DNA from: Phoronis australis | Lineage: Eukaryota > Animalia > Phoronida | Length of the DNA stretch: 64,000 bases | Reading direction: 5' to 3' | Assembly: GCA_002633005.1 (NCBI GenBank) | Contig: NMRA01000305.1 | Location: forward strand, 429,110-493,109 | Shown here: one piece after another, positions 1 to 13,100 of the stretch | Position numbering within the stretch: position 1 is the first letter of the stretch | How the letters are laid out: every line of letters starts with the position of its first letter | Notes under the pieces: model-generated | What the model saw: only the letters and a program-made list of their open reading frames with translations | Databases searched by the model: none | What the model was told of the DNA's origin: nothing | Made by a program: the position numbers and the translations under genes

Positions 1-217
1 ACTGGTAACATAAACAAGTCGGCTTCGACATGTTCTTTGGCAATAGCTGGCCATAGGTTTACAGTAAAAACTCTACAGTTTCACACGATGTAACACGCTT
101 GGCTCAAGGTTGGAGATTGTAGCAAAATTCAGAAATAACCAATGAATGTGAGCATAACCCAATTCAAGAACTACCATCAGTGACAAACCAAAGGTATTCA
201 CCTCAATATCATGCTAT

Positions 218-375
218 CTGGGGACACGTGAAAATATTGCATCAGTTGCTATTTTGAACATGTGATGACCTGGGGACACGTGAAAATATTGCATCAGTTG
301 CTATTCTGAACATGTGATGACCTGGGGACGCGTGAAAATATTGCATCAGTTGCTATTTTGGACACGTGATGACCT
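218..375. repeat. 52-bp tandem repeat x3
   Basis: CTGGGGAC at 218, 270, 322. Confidence 0.9.
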
Positions 376-489
376 GTTACATCTAATTTCTGATTCCATT
401 AATACAAAACCCAGTGTCCAATATTTCACAAAATATGATGAACGCCGAAGTCGTCCACATTTTAGGCTTGGAGGAGTTCACTAGTTTGC

Positions 490-733
490 ACAGTGGCTTA
501 GAATTTTGCTGACAGTTGCAAATCATGGGACGGTGTCATTCACACTACTATAGGCCTTTTGAAACAGACATGCAAGGTCAATGAAAGTAGCTCTTTGTGA
601 ACCCTGGTCTTAGTCATACAACTGTTCCAGTTGGACTGTGTAACTGAACACAGCTTAACAAATTTTTTATGATCCTGGCTGAGAAAATACTGTTTTATTA
701 CCCCAAGGATTCTGAATAGCTGAGACCGGAATG
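490..733. mobile_element. MITE-like family D copy
   Basis: Shared core CTTAGTCATACAACTGTTCCAGTTGGACTGTGTAACT...TTTTATTACCCC. Confidence 0.7.
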
Positions 734-928
734 CATGTCCCAGTCTTCAGAGTTGACAAAATTAAATGTTGTCTAAAATTTCCGTGCCCAAATGTTAGAA
801 ACTGTTCCAGACTGGAAAATTTTCCCGCATTTATTATATGACCACAGTGTCAATACACCCAAGGGGGGGAAGCAGTGCTTTCATCATGTCTTTGTTCGAT
901 TGTTTCAAGGTTACCCTACAGTGACTAC

Positions 929-1122
929 CTCGTGCCATTGTACAAGTCATAGTACAGATCTGTCATGGTGGTCCACGTGATGCCGCCATCAGCGGAGTAG
1001 TCTATGAGTACATCCTCATCTCTGTTGTTAGGCAACGACTGGAGGCCGTAGCGGAAGTCAAACTGGATGTATACGGCACGTCTCAGGTCGAGGTCAACTG
1101 TCTCTAGCAGGCGACTACATGT
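929..1122 (-). CDS. RELN: Reelin exon 45 (repeat 6B)
   Basis: [13 protein letters not shown]...[10 protein letters not shown]; tag|...|gtagt. Confidence 0.91.
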
Positions 1123-4100
1123 CTAGAAGGAATAAAACCCCATTACTGAGCTGGTGAGAAATATACAGTCCACACAAAAGAGTATACAAGACAAAATGAC
1201 CCAGATTTTCCCTTCACGTCCCTGGTGTCCCTTCATGACCCCGGTGTCCCTTCATGTCATCGGTGTCCCTTCATATCACCGGTGTCCCTTCATGTCCCTG
1301 GTGTCCCTTCATGACCCTGGTGTCCCTTCATGCCCTGGTGTCCGTTCATGAACCTGGTGTCCCTTCATGTCCCTGGTGTCAATTCATGACCCTGGTGTCC
1401 CTTCATGCCCCTGGTGTCCCTTCATGCCCCTGGTGTCCCTTCATGCCCCTGTTGTCCCTTCATGCCCCTGGTGTCCCTTAATGACCCTGGTGTCCCTTCA
1501 TGACCCTGGTGTCCCTTCATGTCCCAGGTGTCCCTTCATGCCCTTGGTGTCCCTTCATGACCCTGGTGTCCCTTCATGCCCTGGTGTCCCTTCATGACCC
1601 TGGTGTCCCTTCATGTCCCTTAAGACCTAGAATGAAGAGGAATTCACAGCCAGTAAGATCCTGCATTGCTGCGCCATTGTGTAAGTAGTATTTTGCAGCC
1701 ATAAATTAAATATTTACAAGTTAATTTCGCTGTTACAAGAATTAGACATCATTAAGGGGAAACTGTATTTCGTCTGAATACTTTGTCTTGTACAGTTATA
1801 GTATAAAAGCTGTAGTTGAATAATTGAAATAACAGCCAATTAACTGATTAAGTTTACTGCATTTTAGGAAGCATGGCAACCAATCAGAGTCAACCACAAA
1901 ATTAATCTAAATAATTATCACGGATAAATAAAGTTGGAATTCCGTTTAAGAAATTACAAAAAAACTGCCTCACCTTTGACATATGCAGAGCCTTGCCTGA
2001 AGATATGGCTGCTGATTGATCAGTGAGGGTGCCACCCACAACCTTCCTCCAGTAGCGGGGCTCTAATGGACCCTCAAAGGACTCAATCAGCCACTGAGAG
2101 AGGGCGCTCTTGACGATGTGACAATATTCACCATACCAACCATCGTCACATCTAAAAAAGGTACAACATTGAATCTTGGGAGTTTCAGATAAATGCGTGT
2201 TAAATTAAGACAAATGCATTTCAAATGCAGACATCTCATACACCCTTATTTGTTTTTATATGAAATACAATGTCGAGGTTTTTTCAATTCAGTTAGACAC
2301 AATTTCTGTATATTCACACCTTTAGCCAGACGCCACTGAATGTGCTTTTACACAAGTCATGGGGTTGTAACTTGTGACTACTACAAAGTACACCATTCAT
2401 AGACTATAGATGGCAGCACGTTGTACTTATGGAGTGTGAAAATTGACCACTGTCAGATATGCCATTATGTTTACAAACAACAATCTAATTACTAATACGT
2501 CCAATACTTGAAATGACTAAGGTATCAGAATTTAACATTGGACAAGTGCATTCTGCAATGCATCACGTCTACCACTGTGCTAGTCAACAATCCACATATA
2601 TTTGACAACTGAAAACACAGATCAGTGGACACTGGTCACTCACTTGCACTGACCCCGCAGACATCTGCCATGGCCAGAGCACATAGCGTCACACTCGTGA
2701 CCTATATAAACGTTGGCCAATGACCACACATCTTTGAAGTCATTACTTTGTCTCTGGATCCAGCGGAACCGAGTGGCTGATGACCTGAAACACCAACCAA
2801 AATAATAATTTACGTTCAGCCTATGTCCCGCTATAACCTCAATGGTGTGCGTCTGTAAAGCAGACAATAAAAGCAGAGTATGATGAAATTAATATAAAGT
2901 GTATTTTATAACGTAACAATGGGAATGAGAAAATAGCATTCAAGTAAAAGTTTGAAGGTCTAGAGACTTTATGCCAGTCTGGTACAAATAGCACAAAACT
3001 ACCTCATTGAAAAAGAAAACCTCTCACAGTTTCCATGTACGGCACCATAAAAACTATTCAGATTTATCACAATGCTGATTCTAAATCTAAATTCAGGACC
3101 CCCAGAGAGGGTATTACAGGTACACAATAACATGAACTCACAAAAGCATGCAATTGTCATTCAAGAATATCGTTTACAGCTATGTTCTATTCAACTGCGA
3201 ATTACACATTAAATCACCTTTTCGGACAAAAATTATTACTATTTCTTTTTTCACTTATAAAAAGCATCCAATGTTGCAGAGTGAATGTCTACAGTTCCCC
3301 TAAACACTAAATAAACACCCGTGGGCTTATCTAGGGAAAACCCCAGTAAAACTTTTACACGATAAGACATTTAATTGGTGTTACACAATTTCACGTGTCG
3401 GCTATATTTTGTGCACTATATTTGTGAGGTTTTACTGCAGACAATTCAACACCACTACCGTGTGTAGTAAGGCAGAGGTATGATGACTCTGTTCCATCCA
3501 CTGTACAGCTGCGATATATATGTGCTGTTACTATGGTAATCAGGACAGTCAACATCTGTGGGCAGACATTCGTTTATCACCAACGACCAAGTCTTACCAA
3601 GGTCAACAGAATATTCAAGGTCAATACCTGCAAGGGTAAAAGGGAAATTAAAACAAACTATTCCTGATAGAGTAAATGTTTTGGAATGAATTGCACATTA
3701 TTTTGGCTCACACTGGCATATGTACGTCTCTTAAATCATTATTGTTTGCCTGCAGTAGTCAGGGTTGGTGTTAAATTGCTTGCCACCGAGTCTCAGTGGC
3801 CTAACAAATTTTGAGTCCTTTTCATTTTTTATGAGTCTCCATGCTCGTCCTGTTGGAAATTCCCATAGCAACAAATTAAAACAAGAAGACATTGCAATAC
3901 ATAATATGTAGTGTCAAATAAGAATAAAGGTACAATTTCTGTCACTTCGAACACAACCAAATTTAGCAGTCAGCCGTGTACATTTGGAATCAAAATTCAC
4001 AATACTTCTGCTACGAAGTACAGCAATCGAAAAGGCTGTGTATAATAAAATAATTGAAAATCTACGATTAAGCTCATTATCCTTCCTCATTTCCTATAGT

Positions 4101-7100
4101 ATCAAGACTAATAATAAATCTGACCTATTTTTTAACTTTGGCATTTCAATTTTTCTTGACTGCATGGGTCCCAAAACTTCAAAATGACGTCACACTAAAC
4201 AAGCAAATAGTCCACTACATGTCAGGATGAGAACTTACTAAAGCATGCCGCCGACGGTACACAACCCATGGACAAGGCGAATTGAAGGTAGGTGAACTCG
4301 TTGACATTCACATCTGATGTCACCGCGTATCGAACATGGCTATCACCTGAAGAAAGATTTGGTTTCTTTGGTGACATTCAACAGGTAAATAAAGCAAGGG
4401 GTGGAAATAAGATTAACATAAAGGTATATTGAGGGCACCCTATAGGTAATATGACTATTATCTTGGGACATGCCGATTTGTACATTTGGCAAGTGTCCGA
4501 TGTTTTAATTTAATTTCGTGATGATCACAAAAAGTCAAGACAGCTTAATACGTCTTGTTTTCTACAGTATATACTCCGGTCAGATTGGAGGTCTTCAATG
4601 TCACTTTTTACTTAATAACAGACCACTCCATTTTTATCTTATCTTACTTTGAAGTTGGCCATTTTTGACTAGCATACGTATAGTGCTGAATAACAAAATG
4701 AACAAGATCTTTACATAACCATAGTTCCTGTGAAAACGGTAATTTCAAATCGATTCTCAAGGCACAATAAAATGCTCGCAACTGTATAGACAAAAGATTC
4801 AACAGAATTTAACAGAAAGAAAGACAATAGTGCACCTCAGTAGGCCTACATGACATTATTATCAATCTATATCTCATCCTTGGTGATCCATTACACAAAA
4901 GTAAATAAGATATTAAACCCCCTTTCTCTTGAAAACCGTAAACACATATAAAGTCTACAGAGTGTGCAGTACCAGAGAAGTGAAGAGCTTCGACTCCACA
5001 GACTCGTTCAAGATGGCCGCCAGGTGTGAGCAGCCAATTGGTGTCACTGTTGACTGCGAAGTCGTCTTGTAGGACCAGCTGGCCATAGATGTTGCCCCCT
5101 ATGTACAGCTACAGGCAAAATAGAACAGAATGGACGGTAATACAAACTTGACTCATGCAATTGTTGCGACTTTTCAGGGGACAAAGTCAGGTCATATTTA
5201 CAGGGATAACGAGTTGAGTGCCAATTTTCATCTCTTTAACTTGATTAATTAGACACAAAAAAGGCATCAATGAAGACATAAGAACAAGAAGAGTAGTATT
5301 TGTATACACATACTGTGTACATAACAAACGACAATGGTATAGTGGATGTTAATTTGTTCAAAAAACAAGTCAGAACTGATGTTCAAAACTGGGCCATTCT
5401 CTCCTGCATAGCCTCTAACCTGCAACATTTCATTAAGGTCGTTCATCAAACTGCAAGTTAAGGCAGATACATATTCAGGCAAATGCAAAAATCTGAGAGT
5501 GTCACTAGGGGAGTTATGCTAGATAAAACTGTCCAAAACTAAACACGAAGATACCAAATGCACCAGTAATGTTTATTGCTATTACTTAATTATACTTACC
5601 TGGTCCACTGCCCAGTTCTCTAGGTATGCCCCGTCCTCCGTCGGATGCCAGAACCTGATCCTAGTCGAGTTATACCGTGCGTCCTCCGGCCACGGTATGG
5701 CAACATAGGACGAGAAGTCGGAGCCGGGACCAAACTTGAATGTGTCGATGGTGTGCCACGATATCCCACCATTAATGGAGTACTGGAGATACACCGGTGC
5801 AGTGTTGGGGTCAGGGATGTAGGGGAGGGACCTTCTAGTGGGGCAGCCCAGCTTTAGGTAAAACTGTAGAAGACTAAACACAAAAACTGAAGTGACTGGA
5901 CAGCCTCTCGTGAACCTGTATTTACACACAAAACATTTAAGTTACGTTCACTCTGGGCTTATCCTGCGTAACGGCTGAGAATTTTGCGGACAATTGTAAA
6001 CAATCGGTGTCGTGAAATTGACAAGCAAGAACAGTGAAAGTAGTTCTTTGTGAACCCTGCTGTTCTTAGTAACATAGTCTGTTCCAGTTGACATGTCAGA
6101 GACAGCTTAACAAAGGGCATATGGACCTGGCTGATTAGATAATCGTTTTATTACCCCTACGGGTTTTAAATAGCACAGCCAAGAATATAGCATTAATTAG
6201 TTATTAAAATCATGGCAACATCATTCCTTGGCATCTTGCTTTGCCACACAAACTGTCACTATGTAAACACCAGAATGTGTAAGGCTTGCCCTCAAAGGCT
6301 CCTCCACTGCCATGAAGGAATGATGACAAGTTTGCGAGTCAAAACAAAGATCCTCATACCAGCCCAGTGCCAACATACAGTACAAGATAAGAGTGATCGG
6401 CAATAGTCTAATGTAACGTGCCCATATTTTGAGAACCAGTTTGATGCCCATTATTCAGTGGAGAAAACTGGTTCTCAAAATTTGGGCACGTTTTACCGAG
6501 TGATCCAACAAAATATCATTTCTCCTTCAAAACGACTAATTCTGTAAACAGCAAAAGGACTGGTAATACAGTAAAATTTCTCCAATTTGAAACAATGAAA
6601 ATTATTTTGCACAAGGTCAGACCTTGTCCCAAATTCTAGAAAAAGGCAATATTGGCAGTCCCAAATTTGAGAATCACCGGACCAATGGCGAAATTAACCA
6701 ATTGGTAGACTGAGAACATGCTGTTCGAAAATTAAGAAATGTGGCGAACACAAAAATCGTCCGTGTCCCAAATTCCAGAAAATTCAATTTTTGTAGGAGT
6801 TTCAACGTCCCAAATTCTAGAGACTGTCGAAATCAGAGAATTTTTACCATAGTTCGGGCGGCATTGCAGAATGGCTGATATTTCGCCCCTTCATTCAAAG
6901 TTACTCGGACGGTGAATTTGGCTACTGCTCAGCCACCATGACTCGGAATTACGGGTAATTTTGTCCGAATATTTTTGGTTTACTGTGCCACGTGCCAAAC
7001 CCTTAGTTATACACATTAGTCCAAAGCCCCAGTTTATAGAACACTAAAGATATGCAGTGAGAAATACCAGCAGGTATGGTAATGCAACCACGAACCTATT

Positions 7101-10100
7101 GTACATGTATTGAGTGTATTCTACTGCCATACTAGGACAGTTCAGTCTGAAACATTACCTGGATTAAATTTTGCGCAGTTGTCTGTTATATCTGTAAATA
7201 TTTTACAGTATGACAATGTATGACTATGCATTTAATACTCTACATATTATACAGTACGCCCATTGTACAATTGAACACAAATGACATCATTACTAAAGAT
7301 CAGTGCTTCACCTGACTGTAGACAAATCCAGGTCCCTCGACTCCAACATGCGGTGACCTTGACTTGAGAAGTACACGGCTCGCTGGGTCATCACGTTACC
7401 GCATTCATGGGACAACTGACCACCACTGACCAGTGGCCACTTGGAGGAACTCAGTAGTTTACCTTCAAAGGAACCAGCAGAATCTGCAACTTTTTGCATC
7501 GTAAAGTAAGGTAGGTCTCTACTTATTCTGCACAAAAATAATTGCCAAAATGGCAACTTTCCATTTTAGAATGGCTGATTAACTTTTCACAACTAATGGG
7601 AATTTTTACTCCTGTGGAGAAATTTAACAATTAAATACAGACGTCCTCTCGTTGGAAATTTTGAGTGAGAATTACTGAAATAGTAGCACCAATAGGGTCG
7701 TCCCAGATTACACGACAGAACTCTCCTTTGTACGGAGGTAAGAAAGTGCATTGTTTTCTCTATTTTGACTGAGCACAATGCCGAGTGACCGAAATCTGCT
7801 TTTGTTGAGAGTGCCACCTGGGGGTGGATGAGATATCCATTGCTACAGAGTATCATTTCAAATCTCTCGCCGTCCCTGTCAAAACTAGTCTATACATGTG
7901 ACTTGTCATTTATACTTACAAGCCTCCGCATTGACAGTCAAGGAATGTTTGATATTATTACCAAGCTATAGCGAGCCCACTACAACCTGTACATAAGACA
8001 AAATGGTGTTCACCTTCCTGGTGTTGCGCCTGTTCCGTAAGAAAGGGGAAATGTTATAGACGTGCTTCAACTGAGTCATTAGCCTCTGTCAGCCACTCGC
8101 TAACCGGCTATTACCTATTAGCCAAATGGTTAGCATGCACGCTTGCCGTTTTGGTCGGGGTCGCTGGTTCGATGCTGGGGTCCAGTGATCTCCACAATTA
8201 CAACATAGTTGTTGGAATTGCAAATACCATACACAGCTTCTGCATAAGAGCAACTCACATAGACATAACATATGATGCTGTATTAGTGCCCCCCCTCACC
8301 CACTCCACCCACTACACCCACCCCACCCACTCCACCCGCCAGCTTACCATCAAAGTCATCCTTGAGGTAGTTAATGTTCCTGTGACTACTGTAACAGTCC
8401 AGGCCGTCATACTTATCATCGCACTGGCACACTAGACCATTAACACAAGCTCCGTGACCATGGCAATCATTGGAACACTGGCGTCCTATGTAGACATTGT
8501 CCAGAGCCCACTGGATAGACGGGCCAGAATTGTTGAAAAACCCTTGATACCACCTGAACCGTGCTAACCTGTAATACATGAATAAAAATGGTGACATCAA
8601 TTTTATGAGAATGTANACAGACTTCCTCTCGTTGGCCATTTTGAGTGAGAATTACTGAAATTATTATAGTAGCAGCTTGTAATCAACCAATAGGGTCGTC
8701 CCAGATTACACGACAGAACTCTCCTTTGTACGGAGGTAAGAAAGCGCATTGTTTTCACTATTTTGACTGAGCACAATGCCGAGTGACCGAAATCTACTTT
8801 TGTTGAGAGTGCCAACTGGGGGTGGATGAGATATCCATTGAGTATCCACACAGTATCATTTCAAATCTCCCACCGTCCGTGTCAAAACTAGTCTATACAT
8901 GTGACTTGTCATTTATACTTACAAGCCTCAGCATTGACAGTCAAGGTATGTTTGATATTATTACCAAGCTATACCGAGCCCACTACAACCTGTACATAAG
9001 ACAAAATCAAAATGGTGTTCCGACCTTCCTGGTGGTACGCCTACTCCGTAAGAAAGGGGAAATGTTGTAGACGTGCTTCAACTGAGTCATTAGCCTCTGT
9101 CAGCCACTCGCTAACCGGCTATTACCTATTAGCCAAATGGTTAGCATGCATGCTTGCCGTTTTGGTCGGGGTCGCTGGTTCGATGCTGGGGTCCAATGAT
9201 CTCCACAATTACAACATAGTTGTTGGAATTGCAAATACCATACACAGCTTCTGCATAAGAGCAACTCACATAGACATAACATATGATGCTGTATTAGTGC
9301 CCCCCCTCACCCACTCCACCCACTACACCCACCCCACCCACTCCACCCGCCAGCTTACCATCAAAGTCATCCTTGAGGTAGTTAATGTTCCTGTGACTAC
9401 TGTAACAGTCCAGGCCGTCATACTTATCATCGCACTGGCACACTAGACCATTAACACAAGCTCCGTGACCATGGCAATCATTGGAACACTGGCGTCCTAT
9501 GTAGACATTGTCCAGAGCCCACTGGATAGACGGGCCAGAATTGTTGAAAAACCCTTGATACCACCTGAACCGTGCTAACCTGTAATACATGAATAAAAAT
9601 GGTGACATCAATTTTATGAGAATGTAAGCAAAGGTTTGTCTCACATAGTGCAAGGTCAAAGGTCAAGACTTTACTCTAACCTAACTCTAACCTCAAAAGG
9701 TACAATCCTGTCGCTACTGGGAGTATAGGAATAGGAAAGAGAACAATCATAAATTGACCAGGTTTATGGCAGACATTGGTCCCTGAGGGAGCACCATCAC
9801 AACACCAAAAGGGACAAATTTGATTTTATAGCCAAAAATGCACTTTATTGTTGACTGGGAAAGACTTCTTGAAGTTATCAGCTATGACCAGAGCTATAAA
9901 ACAGCAAAATCTGCTGTTGTGTACAGTTATGCTATATTATAAATCACCAACTCTCATCGTTGTGGTCTAGCCGTTTACTGAGATCAAGGCCATTGACTGT
10001 AAATGAGATTGAAATACTCTGCAATTTAACAAGTGGTGCTTGGGTTCGCCAGCAGTGAGTTGGACTACAACTGCTGAGTTGGCGAAACTGACTCCATGTT

Positions 10101-13100
10101 GGGAATGACCTCAGAAAGCGACTGATCATGTCACTTTCATTGGTGAATATTCACATTGGTTTTCAACAGCTTCCAAATAAAATTCAAGTGCAAAAGATTT
10201 ATGGGATGTCAAATTTCATACCCACAAATCTTCAACCCAACAAGCGGTACAATAACCCGATACCACGATGACGTCCGACCACTGTAATACACTGTGGCAT
10301 CTCTCATTTCCTTGGTGCACCTATGCCCAGAGATGGCACCACATGGTTCGATAACCAACCGCCAGGTCTTGCCATGATCTTTAGAATACTCCAATTTGAT
10401 TGGATGTTGCCTTGACGACACAGAGGAGCAGCCAACATTGATCTGAAACATATTTGATCACAACAATATACGATACAAGCTTAGGCCAAATAATGCATAC
10501 TAAGTTCTGGTTTTCTTTTTTGAAATTCGAGCAGTATTCCATAAGTTGCTCACTTTTTGAGAAAACACAATCTACCCGATACGAGCTAAATTGATGTAGG
10601 ATGTTTTTACTCATCGCTTGGCAAATCATGGCATTTCAAACCTTGCGTATGTGTCTTTCCACAGCTTTTCAAAAAAAACCAGACCACGCTTGAAACTAAT
10701 GCGGGCCAGCTTTTCTTTTGTTGTTTTTCAGGTGGGCAAGCGTAGGTCTCAAAATGACTTGGGGTAAAGACCTGAACCTACTTCGCTTTTTATTTGGACT
10801 TACCTATTCTATACTCTTACAGTAATGCCAAACGGTAAAAATCTCACTAATTCAGGACATCATATGGCTGACAAGAGAAATTTTTTGGATTTTCCCATGA
10901 AAGATATATAGCAATCATAACATTCAAGTAAAAATAAATGCTTTTACATGTTCCCACTTTGTACAATAGCTACAACCAGACAATACCTTGAAAAATTGAG
11001 GATATTCACAATAATGTAAAAGCCATTGAAAAATGAAAGAAGAGCCATTTTGGTAATGATTTTTTTGTCCAAAACTGGTGAGATTTTACCACATATTCTT
11101 CAGAAAAGCGTTGACGGCCATTGTTTCCTATCGAACTCAAAGAAACTAACTGGTGTATTTTTCAAAATGTGACTCAGTGCTGTTCCAATAATTACTGTAT
11201 TGTAGAGGAAGCATTTTTTCACACGCACTACCTAAAGTATATGTTTTACTTTCCCAGCCCGCTGCCAATATGTTATCAGATTTCAATCACCCATATTTTT
11301 TATTTCGACTTGTATTTTACCTCCAATACATATTTCATAGGGAGTCGGGGAGGCGCGTCAAATTTTCATAATTCATTTTAACTAGAGTTATTAATTGTTT
11401 GTGATCTGTGTCCTTATTAAGAAGACAGAAATACAATAATTTGAATACTCTTCACAACTGTGCGTTTGTACTATTCATTTTGTGAAAAAGAACACACAGC
11501 AGAACAATGAAATTTATTGATTAAACAATAACTTTAACTAGCAGTATCAGACAATAACTTACCTCAAACTGTATTACTGACGCTGGCCCAACATCAATGT
11601 CTGTGGTAGTAATGGAGTGTTCTCCAGCGCTTCCTTCGAACACCATAGCAGATGTGCCAGAAAACGTGCTATCATACCTTGAAAAGAATTAAACAGCGAG
11701 CATAATAATTGCACAAGTCATATTTTGATAACATATCCGAAAGGAATAATCATAATGATTGACAGTTTGGAGGACAATTATTTCATTTGTTCAGTACACC
11801 AAGTTGCCAGTCACACTGAAACAGAACATGGTGTTGCTTAAGAAGCAGGGCTTGGAATGACCAATGACAAAAAACGCAGAAACTTTTACGGCCCAAATCA
11901 TGCCCGATAACCAGCCTTTGAAATGGTCAATGTGAACCTTTCCGCGACAAAAATCGGGAGGACTAAAAAAAAAACGTTACCACCATCAGTAGCATGCGTC
12001 TGCGTCCTTTTCGCTCGCCCGCCCACTCCCAAACTGCACAGTTTTGGCTGCAGAGCGGTAGTATTTGTCGCCGCGCTTAACAATAACACGAGCCGCCATT
12101 GAAAATCACACCACGCTTTACCCAGATGCCCCGGCAATGTTGACAATTTACGTTCCTCCGAAACATAAAGAGCAACTTCCGCTTTCCAAGGTGAACGTCG
12201 TCTGCAACGCCGCGGTAAGAAAGGAGTTTGCCGCGGAAATTTCATATCAAATCCGATTTTTTTACGCGGAAATATTATAAAAAAAGCGGAAAGCACATTT
12301 CAAAAAAGCGGAAATCCGCATTTCTGCGGAAAATTCCAAGCCCTGAAGAAGGAATGAAAGAGGGACCACCGTCTCTATGACAACCAACAAAGAAGACAGA
12401 CTTTCCATCCTCTTCTCACTTGATGAAGTGCAATGTTCTTGTCTCTGGCAATTTTTTCTCCAGCTGAATTACCCTTCGTGTACCTGATATTCTGAGCACA
12501 GAATGAGTCCACCCTGCCCCCAGGCCAGAACAGCCAGTGCGTGGGGCGCGGCTCAGAGTCAAATGTCTCGTAGACACTGTCTGTGATGTGCATGGAGTCA
12601 CCACCAATGAAGAAGTTATCTATACTCCACACAGATGTCATGTGACCTGCAAAAAAGAATCTCATGTCAAAGTCGTATTTTCCGTTGAAGACCTGTGCAG
12701 CGCCATCGATGAAAACCGTCATTTCGCTTCTTTTTTGGGAGGAGCCTTTTGCTTGGTTCTTTGAAAAGTTGAGTTAAGTTTACCTAATTACACGACAACA
12801 CTGTAGACTGAACAGAGTTCACTGACTGCTCCAACGGGAACATACGGCCCCCTAACATGATTCTTACCCCTTTGAAGTTTGTGTTGTCAACTTTTAAATT
12901 ACCTAATTAGCGCTACGTAGAGCTTTAGAAGACAACAGATTTTGACCTGCCAACATTTGGCTTTACAATTGAAAGTAAACTATGAAGGAGAGTACCTTCT
13001 TTGCGCACGAGAGTCAAGGAATATTGAAGTGAGTTACATTCTGTACAATGAAAATAGGACATAACCACCATTACATAAGCAGTTACCTAACAACAGAATT

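Larger units (their letters stand above)
7640..9626. repeat. ~1-kb tandem duplication joined by a single N
   Basis: 7640-8615 vs 8617-9626. Confidence 0.9.

Noticed and set aside
1154-1688. Repetitive Pro/Cys-rich ORFs; CRISPR-like appearance
   Set aside because: Head-to-tail 19-bp minisatellite with no unique spacers, in an animal intron; ORFs are by-products
7640-9626. Apparent tandem duplication of EGF-5 exon as a real exon duplication
   Set aside because: Joined by a single N, exon copies look identical, and the 221-nt exon would frameshift if included twice; typical uncollapsed overlap
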